Shown in pieces: positions 26,520 through 40,753 of a stretch of DNA of 64,000 bases (the first letter of the stretch is position 1; each line of letters opens with the position of its first letter). The position numbers and the translations under genes are program-made. The notes under the pieces were generated by a model, which saw only the letters and a list, made by a program, of their open reading frames with translations, did not search any database and was not told the origin of the DNA. Origin of the DNA: Eledone cirrhosa (lineage: Eukaryota); NCBI GenBank assembly GCA_964016885.1, contig OZ024747.1, positions 12,648,001-12,712,000 of the forward strand, in the 5' to 3' direction.

Positions 26520-26780
26520 CGCGGGGACATAGAAATAGTTGGGCGCATTTAAACCACTGGGAGTGAAGGACCCCTAGCTTTTGTCAGGGCATTCTTCTAG
26601 GAGAAGGCAACTCAAGAAACTGCGATAACTCCAATATAAAACCTGTGGCTCAGGAGTTACCGATGATGTTGATCTTTTCTTCTTTTCGGGTTATAGCTAC
26701 TGTCGCTCAGAGAGTGGGATTGGCTCAGTGCACAGTCTTTCCTCACTTTGAAAAAAATCTTTGCGCACTGGCAGTGCACA
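26520..26780 (+). mobile_element. Diverged homolog of the 4391-4920 element
   Basis: Shared gacccc.tagc.tttgtca.ggc, ctaggagaagg.aactc, gatgatgttga and gagagtggga.tggct blocks. Confidence 0.55.
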
Positions 26781-27084
26781 ATAGAGTTAATTAATAATTA
26801 TTAATAATTGTTTCTACTTTAGGCACAAGGCCAGCAATAACCCAGTACATTACTGGTACTTTATTTTATCGACCCCGTAAGGATGAAAGGCAAAGTTAAC
26901 CTCGGCGGGATTTGAACTCAGAATGTAAAGGGACGTAACTATGCTAGAAAGCATGGCGTCCAACCCTCTACCGATACTGCCAATTCACAATGTTATATGG
27001 CCATACTCGATAACAAGGGGGGGCAGCCATCACTCACTCACACTCACACACACACACACTCACACACACACTCACTCACTCACA

Positions 27085-27118
<34 letters not shown>

Positions 27119-28920
27119 CTCTCTCTCTCTCTCAAACATGGACTGTATTATAGCTGATCTTTAAGCATATTAGTGTATTTGTCTACATGGTGTAGTACAA
27201 TGTTTTAGGCGAGCTATTCCATAGGAAACTTTCCAAAGTGTTATATCCTGTTACAGAAATGTTTTAGAGAATCTTCATTCTCGCCCAATGCCCCAAATAA
27301 AACATTTTATTCATAGTTGGCTCTTTTCTCCTTCTGGTTGTAAATAAAGGAGCAGGCACAGGAAGCAGGTGGAGACAAAATAGAGCCTACTTTTGTATTC
27401 TTTGTCTTGACCTTAACACCTTCCTCTGGTCAGTGACACATTTTGATAATGATACTTATTGAAATCTGATAGTACAAATGTTGTTGTTTTTATTGTTGTA
27501 TCAAGGGTGAGTTAATAACTGGTGCTTTAACATGACAATGGCTAACCCTTCTCTCTTCTAGTCAGCTATTAAGTGACTTCTTTTAGATATATAAATAACA
27601 TACTATTGGCCTGCTTCAAGAGAAAGTACTAAGTTTGTACATAAGTGTGTACATACATGAGTGTGTGTGGGGCAGTGTGTGTGTGTGTGTGTGTGTGTAA
27701 CCATTGTTATATTATCCTTTTCTCTTTTATGGCTTGATTTAGTTCAAAATGGTAACACTACTACCATTATCATTAAAGTTTATTTTCCTATACTTGCTGG
27801 GGTTAAGCAGATATGCTCAGCTCATTTGGTAACATTTATATAGAATAATATGGATTGACAAAGTGTAAAAAATTGATAAGAAATGCTATTAATTATTTCA
27901 TTGTGTAAATCATTAATTTTAGTTTATTTCACCCCCTATAATTTTGCTATAGGGGTGATACTATGGTTAATACTTCCAGCAGTATGTCACTCTAATCTAA
28001 AAGTAATTACTTGTTGATTCAGACAGAATTCCTATATTCTTACACAGGGATAATTTTCTGATCTGACATAGCTACACTACATTGCCTCACATGCCCTAAG
28101 CCTCATATCATCAATTGCTGTTCAGTCTGAGCACTCAGTAGGGTGCAGGAACACATGTTCCAAAAAGTCTGAGAGGAAAATCTAGTCATGTTTTGGTCTG
28201 ATTTGACTACCTCAGCATTATCGTGTCAGCATTATCATCATCATCATTTTACATCCCCTTTCTATGCTGGCATGGGTTGAACAGGTTGTCCTTGGCCAAA
28301 CCTGGACTGGTAAGATTGACCCATCTTGCTCATAAGCTACATATTTGACATGGTTTCTATGGCTGGATGCTCTTCCTAATGCCAACCACTTGGTCTAGTG
28401 GGTGCATTTTTCTGAGTGTACTGAGTGTGTGTTTCTTTCATGGCACTAACAGTTTACAAGGTGTAATTCTGCTCCCTGAATAGGGTTTCTTACAAAACTG
28501 CAACAATTAGAACTAACTCGTAATGTTGACATTCTACACATGACCTGGGAATAGGAGGAGGAAATAGTCAAATATGAGCAAGGTATGGCACGGCCAACTG
28601 ACCAGACATTCCTCATAATAGGACCACTGACCTTCCTAAATACAGTTCCGCTATGAACAAAGTATGGCTCAGCTAACTGGCCAGACCTTCATAACGGGAC
28701 CACCAAGTTCCACACTGTAAACGTGGTTGGTGTTAAGGAAGGGCATCCAACTGTAACCCCCCCTAAAAAAAAAACACCAGCCAAAATTCAGTTCAGTTTG
28801 AGCAAGGTATGGCACAGCCAACTGGCCAGACTTGTATCATGATAATGACGACCCATCTAACCTATGCAAGCGTAGAAAAATAAACATTTAACGGTCATGA
28901 AGATGAATACTGTACATGAG

Positions 28921-29149
28921 TTAACCCTTTAGCATTTAAACCGCCCATGTCCAGCCAAAATTCTCTCACCTCTTTCTGTTCAAACAGGCTGTAACCAGTC
29001 GCTCATATTGATATTAAGGTATTGTGCTCAAAATAAATAACATCAAAATCTCATAAATTCGATATTAAGTGAGATAATTGTGAGAGATAAAGCCCTTACC
29101 ACAAAAATACAATAGTATATATAGAGTAATGTGAATGCTAAAGGGTTAA
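28921..29149 (-). mobile_element. piggyBac-type MITE family 1, reverse orientation
   Basis: TTAA-flanked TIRs. Body is the reverse complement of the other copies. Confidence 0.85.
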
Positions 29150-29223
29150 GATGGCTTAAATCTAAGATAAATAAATGGAGTTATGACGTAATGCATACCT
29201 GCTGCCTTCCTGGAAAATGGTTA

Positions 29224-29467
29224 TTAACCCCTTTTATTACCATGTTTTAAGAAAATACGCTGCCAATTTATTTTAATTAGTTTTGAAAAATAATAAAAAT
29301 ATTTTGAAGAATTTAGAAAAATAACTAACTTTTCGTCATTAAGCTGGTATTTGGAACATTACTTAAAGGTTCTTACATGAAATTATAATAAAAGATTTTT
29401 AAATATAAACAGCTTAGTATCATAGAACTAAAGGCAGTTTCAGGTGGTTTAATGTCAAAAGGGTTAA
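29224..29467 (+). mobile_element. TTAA/CCC MITE family 2; other copies at about 8633-8857(-), 23118-23374(+), 46146-46384(-), 56378-56643(-)
   Basis: ttaacccctttt...aaaagggttaa ends. Shared cattaagctggtattt and ggcagtttcagg blocks. Confidence 0.7.
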
Positions 29468-29790
29468 TGCTACAAAAATGTTAGGTTTGTGTTGTTGTTT
29501 AGCCTTAGTACTACCCTGATTATACTGACATGTGATTAAAATACATTCCAGCCATGACTAACCAGTCTTATTTTCAAACATGTTGTATCTAAAGCTGTGC
29601 TTTGCTTTGTTTATGAGGTAGGAAAGGGTATTTCATGAAGACTTGGTTGCTATTTCTAGCAGATTGAGTGACCACGTAGAAGCTCCTTCGTTAGCTCGAA
29701 ATTCTCTCTTGTCAGAAATAGATAAGTAATGCAGTGTGAAGACAGAAGTTGAATGTTATAAGGAACAGAAGCCTGTAATTTGGTATTATT

Positions 29791-30009
29791 ACATACACAC
29801 ACACACACACGTAGCAAACACATGTACACACACACACATACATGTATGTAGCAAACACATGTACACGAACACACACACACGTAGCAAACACATGTACATG
29901 CACACACAAGCACGTAGCAAACACATGTACATGCACACACAAGCACATAGCAAACACATGTACTTGCACACACATGTACACACACACACACATACATGTA
30001 GCGTACACG

Positions 30010-30044
<35 letters not shown>

Positions 30045-30060
30045 CAAACACATGTACATG

Positions 30061-30095
<35 letters not shown>

Positions 30096-30605
30096 CAAAC
30101 ACATAAACACATAGCACACGCACTCAGATATACACACAACATAACACACACATATACACTCTCACACTAGAAACAGATATAAACACACATGCGCTCCCAC
30201 ACTATAAACACACACATATTCACCATCACACTAAAGACAGATATATACACACACGTACGCTCTCACACTATAGACAGATATACACATACACATTCTCACA
30301 CTATAAACACATATACGCCCTTACACTATAGATACACACATATACACACTCACTACAAACACACATACATATACATACTCACACTATAAACACACACATA
30401 TACATATACACACACTATAAACACACACACACATACACATACATATACACACTCACTACAAACACACATACATATACACACTCACACTATAAACACACAC
30501 ATATACATATACACACTTACACTATAAACACACACATACATATACACACTCACTACAAACACATACATATACATACTCACATATACATATACACACTTAT
30601 ACTAT

Positions 30606-30668
<63 letters not shown>
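29791..30668. repeat. (CA)n-based compound minisatellite (gtagcaaacacatgtac and cactataaacac units)
   Basis: Seen directly. Confidence 0.9.
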
Positions 30669-30670
<2 letters not shown>

Positions 30671-31409
30671 CTCGGTGACTATGTTATTGTTTATTACAGT
30701 TGAATAATCACTTGATGGATAATACACATTTTTTTTCTATTTAGGAAGGGTCTCTCTCTCTCCTTTTTCAGTTTTACCCCCATTTTTTTTTTTTTTTTTT
30801 TTTTTTTACCTGTTGAGACTTGTGATTCTAGTTTACCATTCCCTAATACCTTCAGGATGAATTGTATGTATTTAGATTACAGGCTAGTTCAAGTCTTGCT
30901 CTTTGAGTTATAAACAAATTCAGGGTTTGGCAACTGAGATTAATGAATATTGGTAGGTTGTTCATACGTGTGTATGTGTTTCATCTGGCCTTGTGCCTGA
31001 ACTGAATAATGTTTTTTGTATCTATATTTTCTTTTATGTTTCTATTTCTTTTACTTCATTATTACATACCTAGAGGTGGAGTAATTTACTATCTTAAACT
31101 GTGAAGGCAATAACATTAGTTGTTCACTTCATAACTTTGGCTTCATACTTTGAGATAAACATGCAACATAAGTAACTTGTTTAATGTTAGTTCTCTGGGC
31201 ACTGTGCAACAGTTCTCCACATTACTCATGTACCCAGCACTGGCAACAATTTCTTGAATTGTTTCTGTGTAATACTACTAACACAACAACCCTCTATACA
31301 GGTTATCAGTTCAATCACATTTATTATATTCTTCTATATATAGCATTTTGATAGATTTTCTTAGTATATTTTTCTTGTTCCAATTTTAAGATTTGCTCCC
31401 TTCTGGTCA

Positions 31410-31750
31410 TAAATACAATTGGCCAAAATAGGGTTCCTCTGGAGGGTCTTTAGAGTAACGTTACTCGATAGAGTGCATAGCTTGGAGATCAGGGAGTCGC
31501 TTCAGGTAGAGCTACTACTCTCTGAATTGAGAAATCATAGTTCCAATACTATGGACATATGGTCAGAATGTCCTGAGAAAGATTTGCAGGACAGATTTTA
31601 TGAGCTGGATAACATCCATGAGCTTGGCTGGTCTTGGTTTGGGATCCAGCCAGATCAATTGGAGACAGCTGCTTCTGACAGGACTAGTGGGAAGGGTGCT
31701 TGACGAGTCTGCCCTCACAACCTTCCTAGGAATAAGTGAGCAAAGAAAAT
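31410..31750 (+). mobile_element. Degenerate RTE-type LINE 3' fragment
   Basis: FLWRVFRVTLLDRVHSLEIRESLQVELLL resembles the post-RT region of RTE elements. Confidence 0.6.
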
Positions 31751-32092
31751 TTTCTTAATGACTTTAAGTGCCATACTTTTAACATAAACATGTATACTTT
31801 TACAAAAACCTGAGGCTATATGTTCATATAGAAACATCAGTGCATGCCCGCTAAATATGCCTGGCAATACAGAAGCTATCATTTATAAAGCAAAGGTTAC
31901 CTCCATAAAACCAAGTGTGGCGCATAAATAATGCATTGGCATGACTGAAGAGTATTTCAAGCAATGATTTTATAATCATACTTTCTTTTTTAAACGCATC
32001 AATGAAAATTAACTTAATTGCATGAAAAAAAAAATTCAAATTACATCATCAAATAGATTATTGAAAGATGAGTTGTGATCACACACACCACA

Positions 32093-32132
<40 letters not shown>

Positions 32133-32384
32133 TAGGGAGCAAAAAATGAAAGAGGTTGATAACCTGATCAATGCAAGGTTACAATTTTTATCATTATAAA
32201 CATTATGTAAATCTGCCCTAAATGATAACAGTAGTATTGGCAATAGAAACATCAGAAGTAAAATCCTACCAATTTCATATATTGCCAACTATTTATTCTT
32301 TTCCATGTAACTATTTGTTTAACCATATGAAGTATAGATAATATACTAAATGATTTAATAATTTGCTTTTTATTTTGTTTACAG

Positions 32385-32472
32385 TCCTACTTTGTCACAG
32401 ACTATGATCCCACTATTGAAGATTCCTATACAAAACAATGTCAAATAGATAGCATAGTAGCACGCTTAGACA
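32385..32472 (+). CDS. RRAS2: R-Ras2/TC21-like GTPase, coding exon 2 (effector loop/switch I): [29 protein letters not shown](I)
   Basis: Pyrimidine tract and acag acceptor at 32381-32384. 88-nt exon ending in a|gtaagt. YDPTIEDSY effector motif. SYFVTDY...TKQC is typical of the R-Ras subfamily. Confidence 0.95.
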
Positions 32473-32498
32473 GTAAGTATTGCTTTTTCCATTATATT

Positions 32499-32715
32499 TT
32501 AACCCTTTAGCATTTATATTGCTCTATATATACTATTATATTTTCATGGTAAAGACTTTACCTCACTTAATTATCTCACATAATATTGAATCTGAGATTT
32601 TGATATTATTTATTTTGAGAACAACACCTTAACATAAGTATGAGAGGCCAGTTTGAACAGAAAGAGGTGTGAGAATTCTGGCCAGAATCGGCTGGTTTAA
32701 ATGCTAAAGGGTTAA
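32499..32715 (+). mobile_element. piggyBac-type MITE family 1, 26 nt downstream of exon 2
   Basis: ttaaccctttagcattta ... taaatgctaaagggttaa. Confidence 0.88.
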
Positions 32716-33060
32716 TAATCTTTTATTTGAATTAGCTTTGTCCTGTTAATCTGTAGGTTTGTATTTCTAGTATTGTATTAATGTTCTTTTATGGAATACA
32801 TAAACAGTTCTAATATCATTATCATTTAACATCCATTTTCTTTACTAATATAGTAGTGTTCATATGTGTTATATGAAACATCATAAATGTTTATATCATT
32901 TATGCATTTAACAAAGACACTGTTTTATTAGAATGAACTGCTACTACTAATTTTTGGGGGAGTTATGAACATCTGGAAACATGTTGTCCAGACCTAACCA
33001 ATACATTCCCGAATTGAAACAGTAGACATATAATAAACTTGTTGGCTCTCTAAAAGGTTT

Positions 33061-33405
33061 ATCATCATTTCATTTTACGTCCGCTTTTCCCTGCTTGCAA
33101 GGGTGGGACGGGAACTGATTCTGGCTTGATTTCTACAGCTGGATGCCCTTCCTAACACCAACCTCATTTACAGTGAGTACTAGGTGCTTTTTTTGCCGTG
33201 GCACCTCCACGACCACTTTGCAGTGGAATGATAGGGAGTGGGGTCCCTGTCATTCCACATCATCTCATTTCTACAGCTGAGTAAACTGGAGCAATGTGAA
33301 ATAAAGTGTTTTGCTCAAGGAAACAACACATCACCTGGTCAGAGAATTGAAATCACAACCTTTCAATTGCAAGCCCAATGCTCTAACCACTAAGCCATGT
33401 GCCTC
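33061..33405 (-). mobile_element. SINE family C copy
   Basis: Reverse complement of 44641-44982. Confidence 0.85.
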
Positions 33406-35357
33406 CTATATTAAATACATTTCACTGCTAACAAAACATTTGAGAGAATTTTGGCTTTTCTTGCTTTCTTAGACTTAACTTGCTAGTTGTCTCCAATCTT
33501 GGAGGCTTACAAAGAACTTCAATCACTTCTATGATCTAAAGCTAGTTTATTAGTATTTACTCTAGCATTATCACTTCTGATATAATTGTTTCTACATTTG
33601 GCACAAGGCCAGCAATTACCCAGTACATTACTGGTACTTTATTTATCGACCCTGTAAGAATGAAAGGCAAAGTTAACCTTGACAGGATTTGAACTCAGAC
33701 TATAAAGGGACGTAACTATGCTGGAAAGCATGGCGTCTCGCCCTCCACCGATAATGCCATCATTAAGTTAAGAGTTCAATGCTCTAAGGTTCAATGATAT
33801 AAGTATTTGTAAACCACATCTGGCATGATGGCCTTGTGAGTATCATCATCATCTCCACTAACATTTATTATCCATGTTTGCTTGGGTTAAACAACCTGTC
33901 ACATTCAAGTGTGATAGGTCAGGCTCATACATGATGTTATGGGTTTGGTTTTCTATGGCTGGATGCTCTTCTGATTTTATTTTTTTTTAACTTTGTGTAT
34001 GTGTTGATCAGATGGGAAGAAATAATATTTGCTATTTTTGTTGTAATTACTTCTGTAAATACTGACTCAGCATATCAGTGCCAGAAAAGTAATCAAATAG
34101 TTTTTCTTGGTGGTAGCCCACAGTCCTGTTATGTGAAATATTGCTGTGTTTACAATGTGTATTGGGAGCCTTTTTCCTGGTACAAATACAATTACCTTAG
34201 TAGGTGGACTGGGTGCTTTTCTGTTGTGACACCAACACTAGCACCACACAGGGTGGACTGGGTACTTTTCTATCATAACACCAACACTAGCACCTCACAG
34301 GTGGACTGGGTACTTTTCTGTTGGCACCAGCACTAGCACCTCAGGGTGGACTGGGTACTTTTCTGTTGTGATACCAGCAGTGTCTGTTTAAAATGAGGCT
34401 GTTGTGATACCAGCAGTGTCTGTTTAAAATGTTCATCTGGTTAAAAATGAGGCATTTGATGAAACAGCAATTTTAACTATATCATTGACAATTTATTTGG
34501 TAGCTTGCGATTCTGAATTTGAAACTATATAGAACATATGAGTGAGATGGGGTTGCTCCAACCTGTTTGGTTTCAAACCTTGATAACCCATCCAACCCAT
34601 ACCGGCACAAAAAGTCGATGTAAAAAACGATGATGATGATTTCATGCTATTATTATATGGGCGGTGGATTGGCAGTATCGGTAGAGGGTTGGACGCCATG
34701 CTTTGCAGCAAAGAGTTACGTCCCTTTATGGTTTTAGTTCAAATCCCAGCGAGGTTAACTTTGCCTTTCATCCTTACGGGGTCGATAAAATAAAGTACCA
34801 GTAATGCACTGGTACAATTGCTGGCCTTGTGCCAAAAGTAGAAACAATTATATAAAGTGATATTTCTATCACATTGAGATGTGATTTTATGATAGTCTAG
34901 TGTGTCTCACAAATATTAGCTAAAGGACCCTAATGGGTCATGCTAAATAATTTGATAGTTAGCACAAATATTTTATTAAAATGTTGATAGACATTGATAA
35001 ATATATCTCCCCACTGTCTCATAGGGAATAAAGATGTTGAAACAAATGGTTTGCTATAAACATTTGGAGTTCAGTCTTGTCTCAGGGGAAAATGTATATC
35101 ATCATCATAGTTTAACGTCTATCTTCCACGCTAGCATGGGTTTAGATGGGAATTGTCCCACGTGAGGGCAAGATTGGTTGTCTTGCTCGTATAATATATG
35201 TGAAAAAATACAATACATATAGATGACCAGATAATATACCATTTTTACTAACTCAATTGGTGTTTGAATAATAGTACAAAATTTATTAAAAAATCTGATT
35301 ACTACCAAAGCAGTTTTTATTTTTAATTATTCTTAAATGTTTACAAAATTAAACTTG

Positions 35358-35592
35358 TTAACCCTTTAACATTTAACATTACTCTATATATACTATTATA
35401 TTTTTACGGTTAAAGGCTTTATCTCACATAATTATCTCACATAATATCAATCTATGATATTTTGATATTATTCATTTTGAAAACAATACCTTAATAACAA
35501 ACAGTATGAGCAGCTTGTTAGAGCCAGTTTGAACAGAAAGAGGTGAGAGAATTCTGACCAGATACAGCCGGGTTTAAATGCTAAAGGGTTAA
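35358..35592 (+). mobile_element. piggyBac-type MITE family 1
   Basis: TTAA-flanked TIRs and shared body. Confidence 0.85.
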
Positions 35593-35774
35593 ATTATTTG
35601 TACATATACTTCACATACTGAGGAAGGAGGACATATAAGAACAGGCAGTATAAAGCTGTGTGTGTATATGTATGTGTGTCTGAGAAAGGTAGAGAGATAG
35701 TGTGTGTGTGTGTGTATGCTTTACATTGACCACATCCTTTTTTTCTTTATCGCAAGTTCCATAAATCAAAACTT

Positions 35775-35818
35775 GGTGGAAATACTCTAAATATTTAAAT
35801 ATTTAGAGTATTTCCACC
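35775..35818. repeat. Perfect 44-bp palindrome
   Basis: ggtggaaatactctaaatattt|aaatatttagagtatttccacc. Confidence 0.95.
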
Positions 35819-36256
35819 CTGTTCAGTCAACCTAGAAATGATACATTCCTATTTTGTAAGTTTGAAAAATTCACTAACTCAGTCTGTCTGACCCTCTTAT
35901 TAGTCTTGTAACACCACTCCCTCACAAGCTTCCTTATACATTAGGCCTCTGACAAAGACACACCCCACAAAGAATTTATAACATTCTTCTGGGTGGGTGT
36001 GGGCACATTTTTTTGAAGCCCTTTTTTTTTTTTTTTTTTTTTTTTTGAAAGAATTGCTGTTGGACTTCCCAGTCAGGATTGTAATATGAATCCCTTTTAT
36101 TACTCCAGCACAGATCCTGTAACAAGAATCCCCTTTATTGCTCTAGCAGATCCTGATAGTTTCCAGCACCTGTTGTTAGTTTCCACTTGCCATTTCTTTA
36201 GCTCAATGCCTTGAAAATGTCACACAACAATTTCTTTAAGTGTAAATTAATTACTC

Positions 36257-36288
<32 letters not shown>

Positions 36289-36562
36289 CATCTCTCCCTC
36301 TCTCTCTCTCTCTCTCCATTTAAAACATTCCATACTATATGTGTGTGTATGTAATTATGTGAGTAAATATATATATATATGTGTGTGCGTGTGAAATTGT
36401 GTATAGTAATGTTGGCACATTACTATACACAAGTAAAATGTAATTATCTAGCAATAGTCACACATATACAACAGTAGTTATATACACACATGCATACATA
36501 TACAAGAATTATATATACACACATATACAACAGTAGTTATATATACACACACATACAACAGG

Positions 36563-36647
<85 letters not shown>

Positions 36648-36692
36648 TATACACACACACATATACACACATACATATACACACATACATAT

Positions 36693-36732
<40 letters not shown>

Positions 36733-37289
36733 CTGAAGTAGCTGGTTATATACTCCATTAAGACATGCTATTGCAGAACTAAGAATTGTGTTTATTATTT
36801 CCTTTTTCTTTCTATTTATTTTATGTAAGAAACAAATAAGATATTCTACAAAAGAATTCCTTTTGATAACTGATTGAATATTTTTGGGATTATATATATA
36901 TATATATTGTTTTTATTAAAAATTAAACATATTTCAAATATACTCTTTTGTGAGTTTTAGTCTAATTTTGGCAAAATCTTGTGTTTCTTCATTTATTTGT
37001 TCAGTTATTCATACTTTATACATTTCTACTTGTAAAGACGGCTAACCTTATTAGTTCTGGAGAAATCTGATGCCAACCTGACGTCAGTAAGTTAGGGACT
37101 GGGAAATTCACTGAAAATGTGTTCAAAGATTTCTTACACATGCTGGTGCTATAAAGCTCAACTTTTACCAATTATAAGAGACTGAAACACTTTATTGTGT
37201 TTGTGTGTTTATTTGTTTATTCATTTATTTATTTCATTACAGCAGACATGTCAACATAGCCTAGACAAGTCAATGGGGAAAGGGAGAGA

Positions 37290-37506
37290 AGGGGTCTGTG
37301 TCGGCTCCCAACCTGCTAGAAATAGCAGCCAAATCTTCCTCAAATCTTACTCTATCATCTAAAAAAATAAAAAAAATAATGGAAGCATACATTGGATAAT
37401 GTAGTTGTAGATATACTATGTTGAAATAAAAGATGAAGTGGCCACAGCTGGAACACCTTTAATCTGAGGTCTGTTTTATCTCAAAACTGACCTAGGGCTA
37501 AACAAC
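37290..37506 (+). repeat. Old interspersed repeat; related copies at about 20720-20880(+), 20905-21095(+), 22036-22360(-), 29486-29700(-)
   Basis: Shared ctagaaatagcagccaaatcttcctcaaatc...gctggaatg...gacctagggctaaacaac. Confidence 0.6.
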
Positions 37507-39161
37507 ATAGACTAGAAGCAAAAACTATTAGCTGTTGTTGCTGACAATCTTCAGCTTCTGTTTATTACTGACTTTGCAGCTCTTTCATTTAATTATTGGT
37601 ATTATCAAGGGCAGGGCAGTATCGGTAGAGTGTCGGACACCATGCCTTGCAGTATGGAGTTGCAGCCCTTTGTTCTGAGTTCAAATCCTGCCGAGGTTAG
37701 CTTTGCCTTTCATCCTTACGGGGGTCGATAAAATAAAGTACCAGTAATACACTGGGGAAATTGCTGGCCTTGTGCCAAAAGAGTAACAATTATTACCTGG
37801 TTCAAATCCCGCCAAGATTAGCTTTGCTTTTCATCCTTACCGGATTGATAAAATAAAGTACCAGTAACGCACTGAGGTCAATTTAATTGACTCTCTCCTC
37901 CTACAAAATTGCTGGCCTTGTGCATAAATCTGAAACCATTATTATTGGTTTTGACTGAATGTTCCAGTTGTTTGATCAACGGAACAACTTACTTGTGAAA
38001 TTAAAATGTAAATAGCTGAGTATGTCACACACACGTGTACCCCTAATGTAATTCTCAGTGAAATGCAGTGTGACACAGTATGTATGGTAAGGCTGGCCCT
38101 TTGAATTATAGGCACTGCCCATCTGATGAGCTTCCAAACAGTTTCTATCTACCTTATTTCACTTACAAAGTTTGAATTGACCCAAAGTTTGACCCCACTT
38201 TCCTAAGATGTCAGGATGTGAGATTGAATCGAAGACCTAATGATTGTGAAGCAAACTTTTAACCATTCCCCTAGGCTGTGTCCGCTTTGGTATCACCAAA
38301 GGCAAGCAGTCTATTTTCTCATTGGGTTTGATACAATAAGTACTGATAATATACTGAAGGTAAACTAGACCAATGTTTATCAATACTCTTGTTGTTTATC
38401 CTTTTTTAAGGAATTGAACTGAAATCTGAAGTTAACCTGGTAAACATGATACCTGCCATGAAACAATAGATTGTATGTTTCTATGCTACTTATACAAATA
38501 AGCTGCTGCTTTAGCTGTGTTAGAGTTCCTACTACTATTGCTTATAACAATATATGAAAGTATACTGATCTTCAGGTCTATTTAAACTATACCGAACCTG
38601 AAAGAGAAAAAATATCAAATCAGTAGTGATGAGACCAACTCACATACAATTTATAAAAGATTTCCAGAAAAATTGAACTTTAATAGGAGATTAACAAAAA
38701 ATGTCTTAGCTGGTAAAAAGTAGTTGCCTTTTTCAATTCAAAAGTGTTTCTCAATTTTCTTAGAAACAGAGGCTAATCATATCTTTAGTTAAATCTTATA
38801 AATTTCTTTTGACTTTATCTGGTCACTGCTGATATCTGAAACTGAAGTATCAGTCAATAGTTTGATGGAATGTTTCTGTGATTCTTAAAAGTCACTCATA
38901 AATGTTCTATTTTATTGACTTCTTGCTCATTCTCTCCTGTCCTTTCACTAAAATTCTATTGTACCCATTGCTGTGGCGAAGTAGACTAATTTGCTTTACT
39001 CCTCAGTTATTTGTAAACTTAGAACATTTCAGTCATTTCACTTCTGACCATATCTCTTAATTTTGTTGCTAACTTTCTGGAAGACACTTGATCCTATGTG
39101 TAAATATTTTTCTCTCAGATTGTCTGTCCAGATCTGACACTTGTAAATCAAGAATGACAAA

Positions 39162-39515
39162 AAGTTTTGGTTATTCAGATGGGTTTTAGTCTTCATAAAG
39201 ATGTTTAAGTATCTCACAATAAATGCAAGCTAATAAGAGGAAGTTTTGATTATTTAGCTGTAATTTGTCTTCACAAGGATGTTTAGGGGTCTCACAATAA
39301 ATGCAAGCTAATAAGAGGAAGTTTTGGTTATTTAGGTATCTCACAATAGATCCAAACTTATAAGAAGTTTTGATTGTTTAGCTTGGGCTTCAGTCTTCAT
39401 AAGGATGTTTAGGTATCTCACAATAGATGCAAGTTAACGAGAGGAAGTTTTGGTTATTTAGTTGGGCTTCAATCTTCATAACAATCTCAAGGTATCTCAC
39501 AATAGATGCAAGCTG
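39162..39515. repeat. About 79-bp tandem repeat, five copies (one internally deleted)
   Basis: aagttttggttatt...gtatctcacaata.atgcaagctaataagagg recurs at about 39162, 39241, 39319, 39365 and 39444. Confidence 0.85.
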
Positions 39516-40579
39516 GAAGCTAGCATAGCTGGCTATGTCCTTACCTCAATCTCTCTATCTTGTTTACTATCCAATGAAATGGTGCTGACAGAGTGCTTGA
39601 ACTTCTTTCTTTGCTGATAAATGTCTGCATCTTGTAATATTCACAGACTCTAAGGTTACATGTAACTGCCTTTTTTTTTATTCTTCAGCTATACAAAAAA
39701 CAGATTATTCTTAATTCAACATTGATTATTGGATTGTTTTTCCTTCACAAAATACTTTTAAATAATTTCATAATTGAGCTTGACTCTTTAAACAAGTGGA
39801 GTTACATGTATATTGTCCTGTGAAACTATACAATATCTCTCCCAGAATATGAAGATACAAACTAGAAGCTAAGAGTTAAGATTATTATAACAAAATCTTT
39901 TAAAGTCAATAATTCTTATCCTCAGATATTTAGACAATAATTACATTTGCTTATTCCAAAATCAAAAAGACTGTTTAGAGAAGCAAATGACTTAATGTAA
40001 TGTTTAAAGGCAGTGACTTAATTAATTTGGCATTTAACTAAGCAAACCAACATTTTAACATTAGTGACCAGAAGCGGGGAAAGATAACCATCTGTGAAAC
40101 CTATTTGTTGAAGTTTCATTGGTACATATAATGTCACCATGCAGAATTGATCTGTCTAACTTTATTAATGACAGTAAGAAGAATGGATGTTTTAAGAGGT
40201 ACAAAACCTTAGATTTCTAGAAGGAGTACATTGTTGTAATGTCCATCCTGCCCATTGTAAATGATTTTAAGAGTATTAACCCCTTTGTTACCCTATTTTT
40301 AATGAATTATTGGAGAATTTGAGGTTTTGGGAATATTTTATAGGAATTATGGGCCACCCTAGCACTTTTTGTGCCACAGTAATTCTACTAGTTATTGGTA
40401 TGTGGTAGCTTTTTCTATGGTAAAAACTGTTTTCAATAACTGTTAATTTCCATGTCCAAAGATTATTTTCTGACCTGCCACATAGACATGTCTAATTATG
40501 ATAAATCTCGCTTATTGAGAGAAATATTATGATCTCTCACACAGTGATGGGTCTTGTATGGTCTGTCTGAAATCTTTAG

Positions 40580-40753
<174 letters not shown>

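Larger units (their letters stand above)
1..32384 (+). other. Probable intron 1 of the R-Ras2-like gene (exon 1 with the GxxxxGKS P-loop lies upstream of the window)
   Basis: Exon 2 begins at a phase 0 acceptor with SYFVTDY. I found no P-loop exon by eye in 1-32384. Confidence 0.6.

Noticed and set aside
25858-26532. 224-aa ORF
   Set aside because: Non-ATG start, runs through decayed SINE pieces and a degenerate repeat of about 33 bp, and has no recognisable domain.
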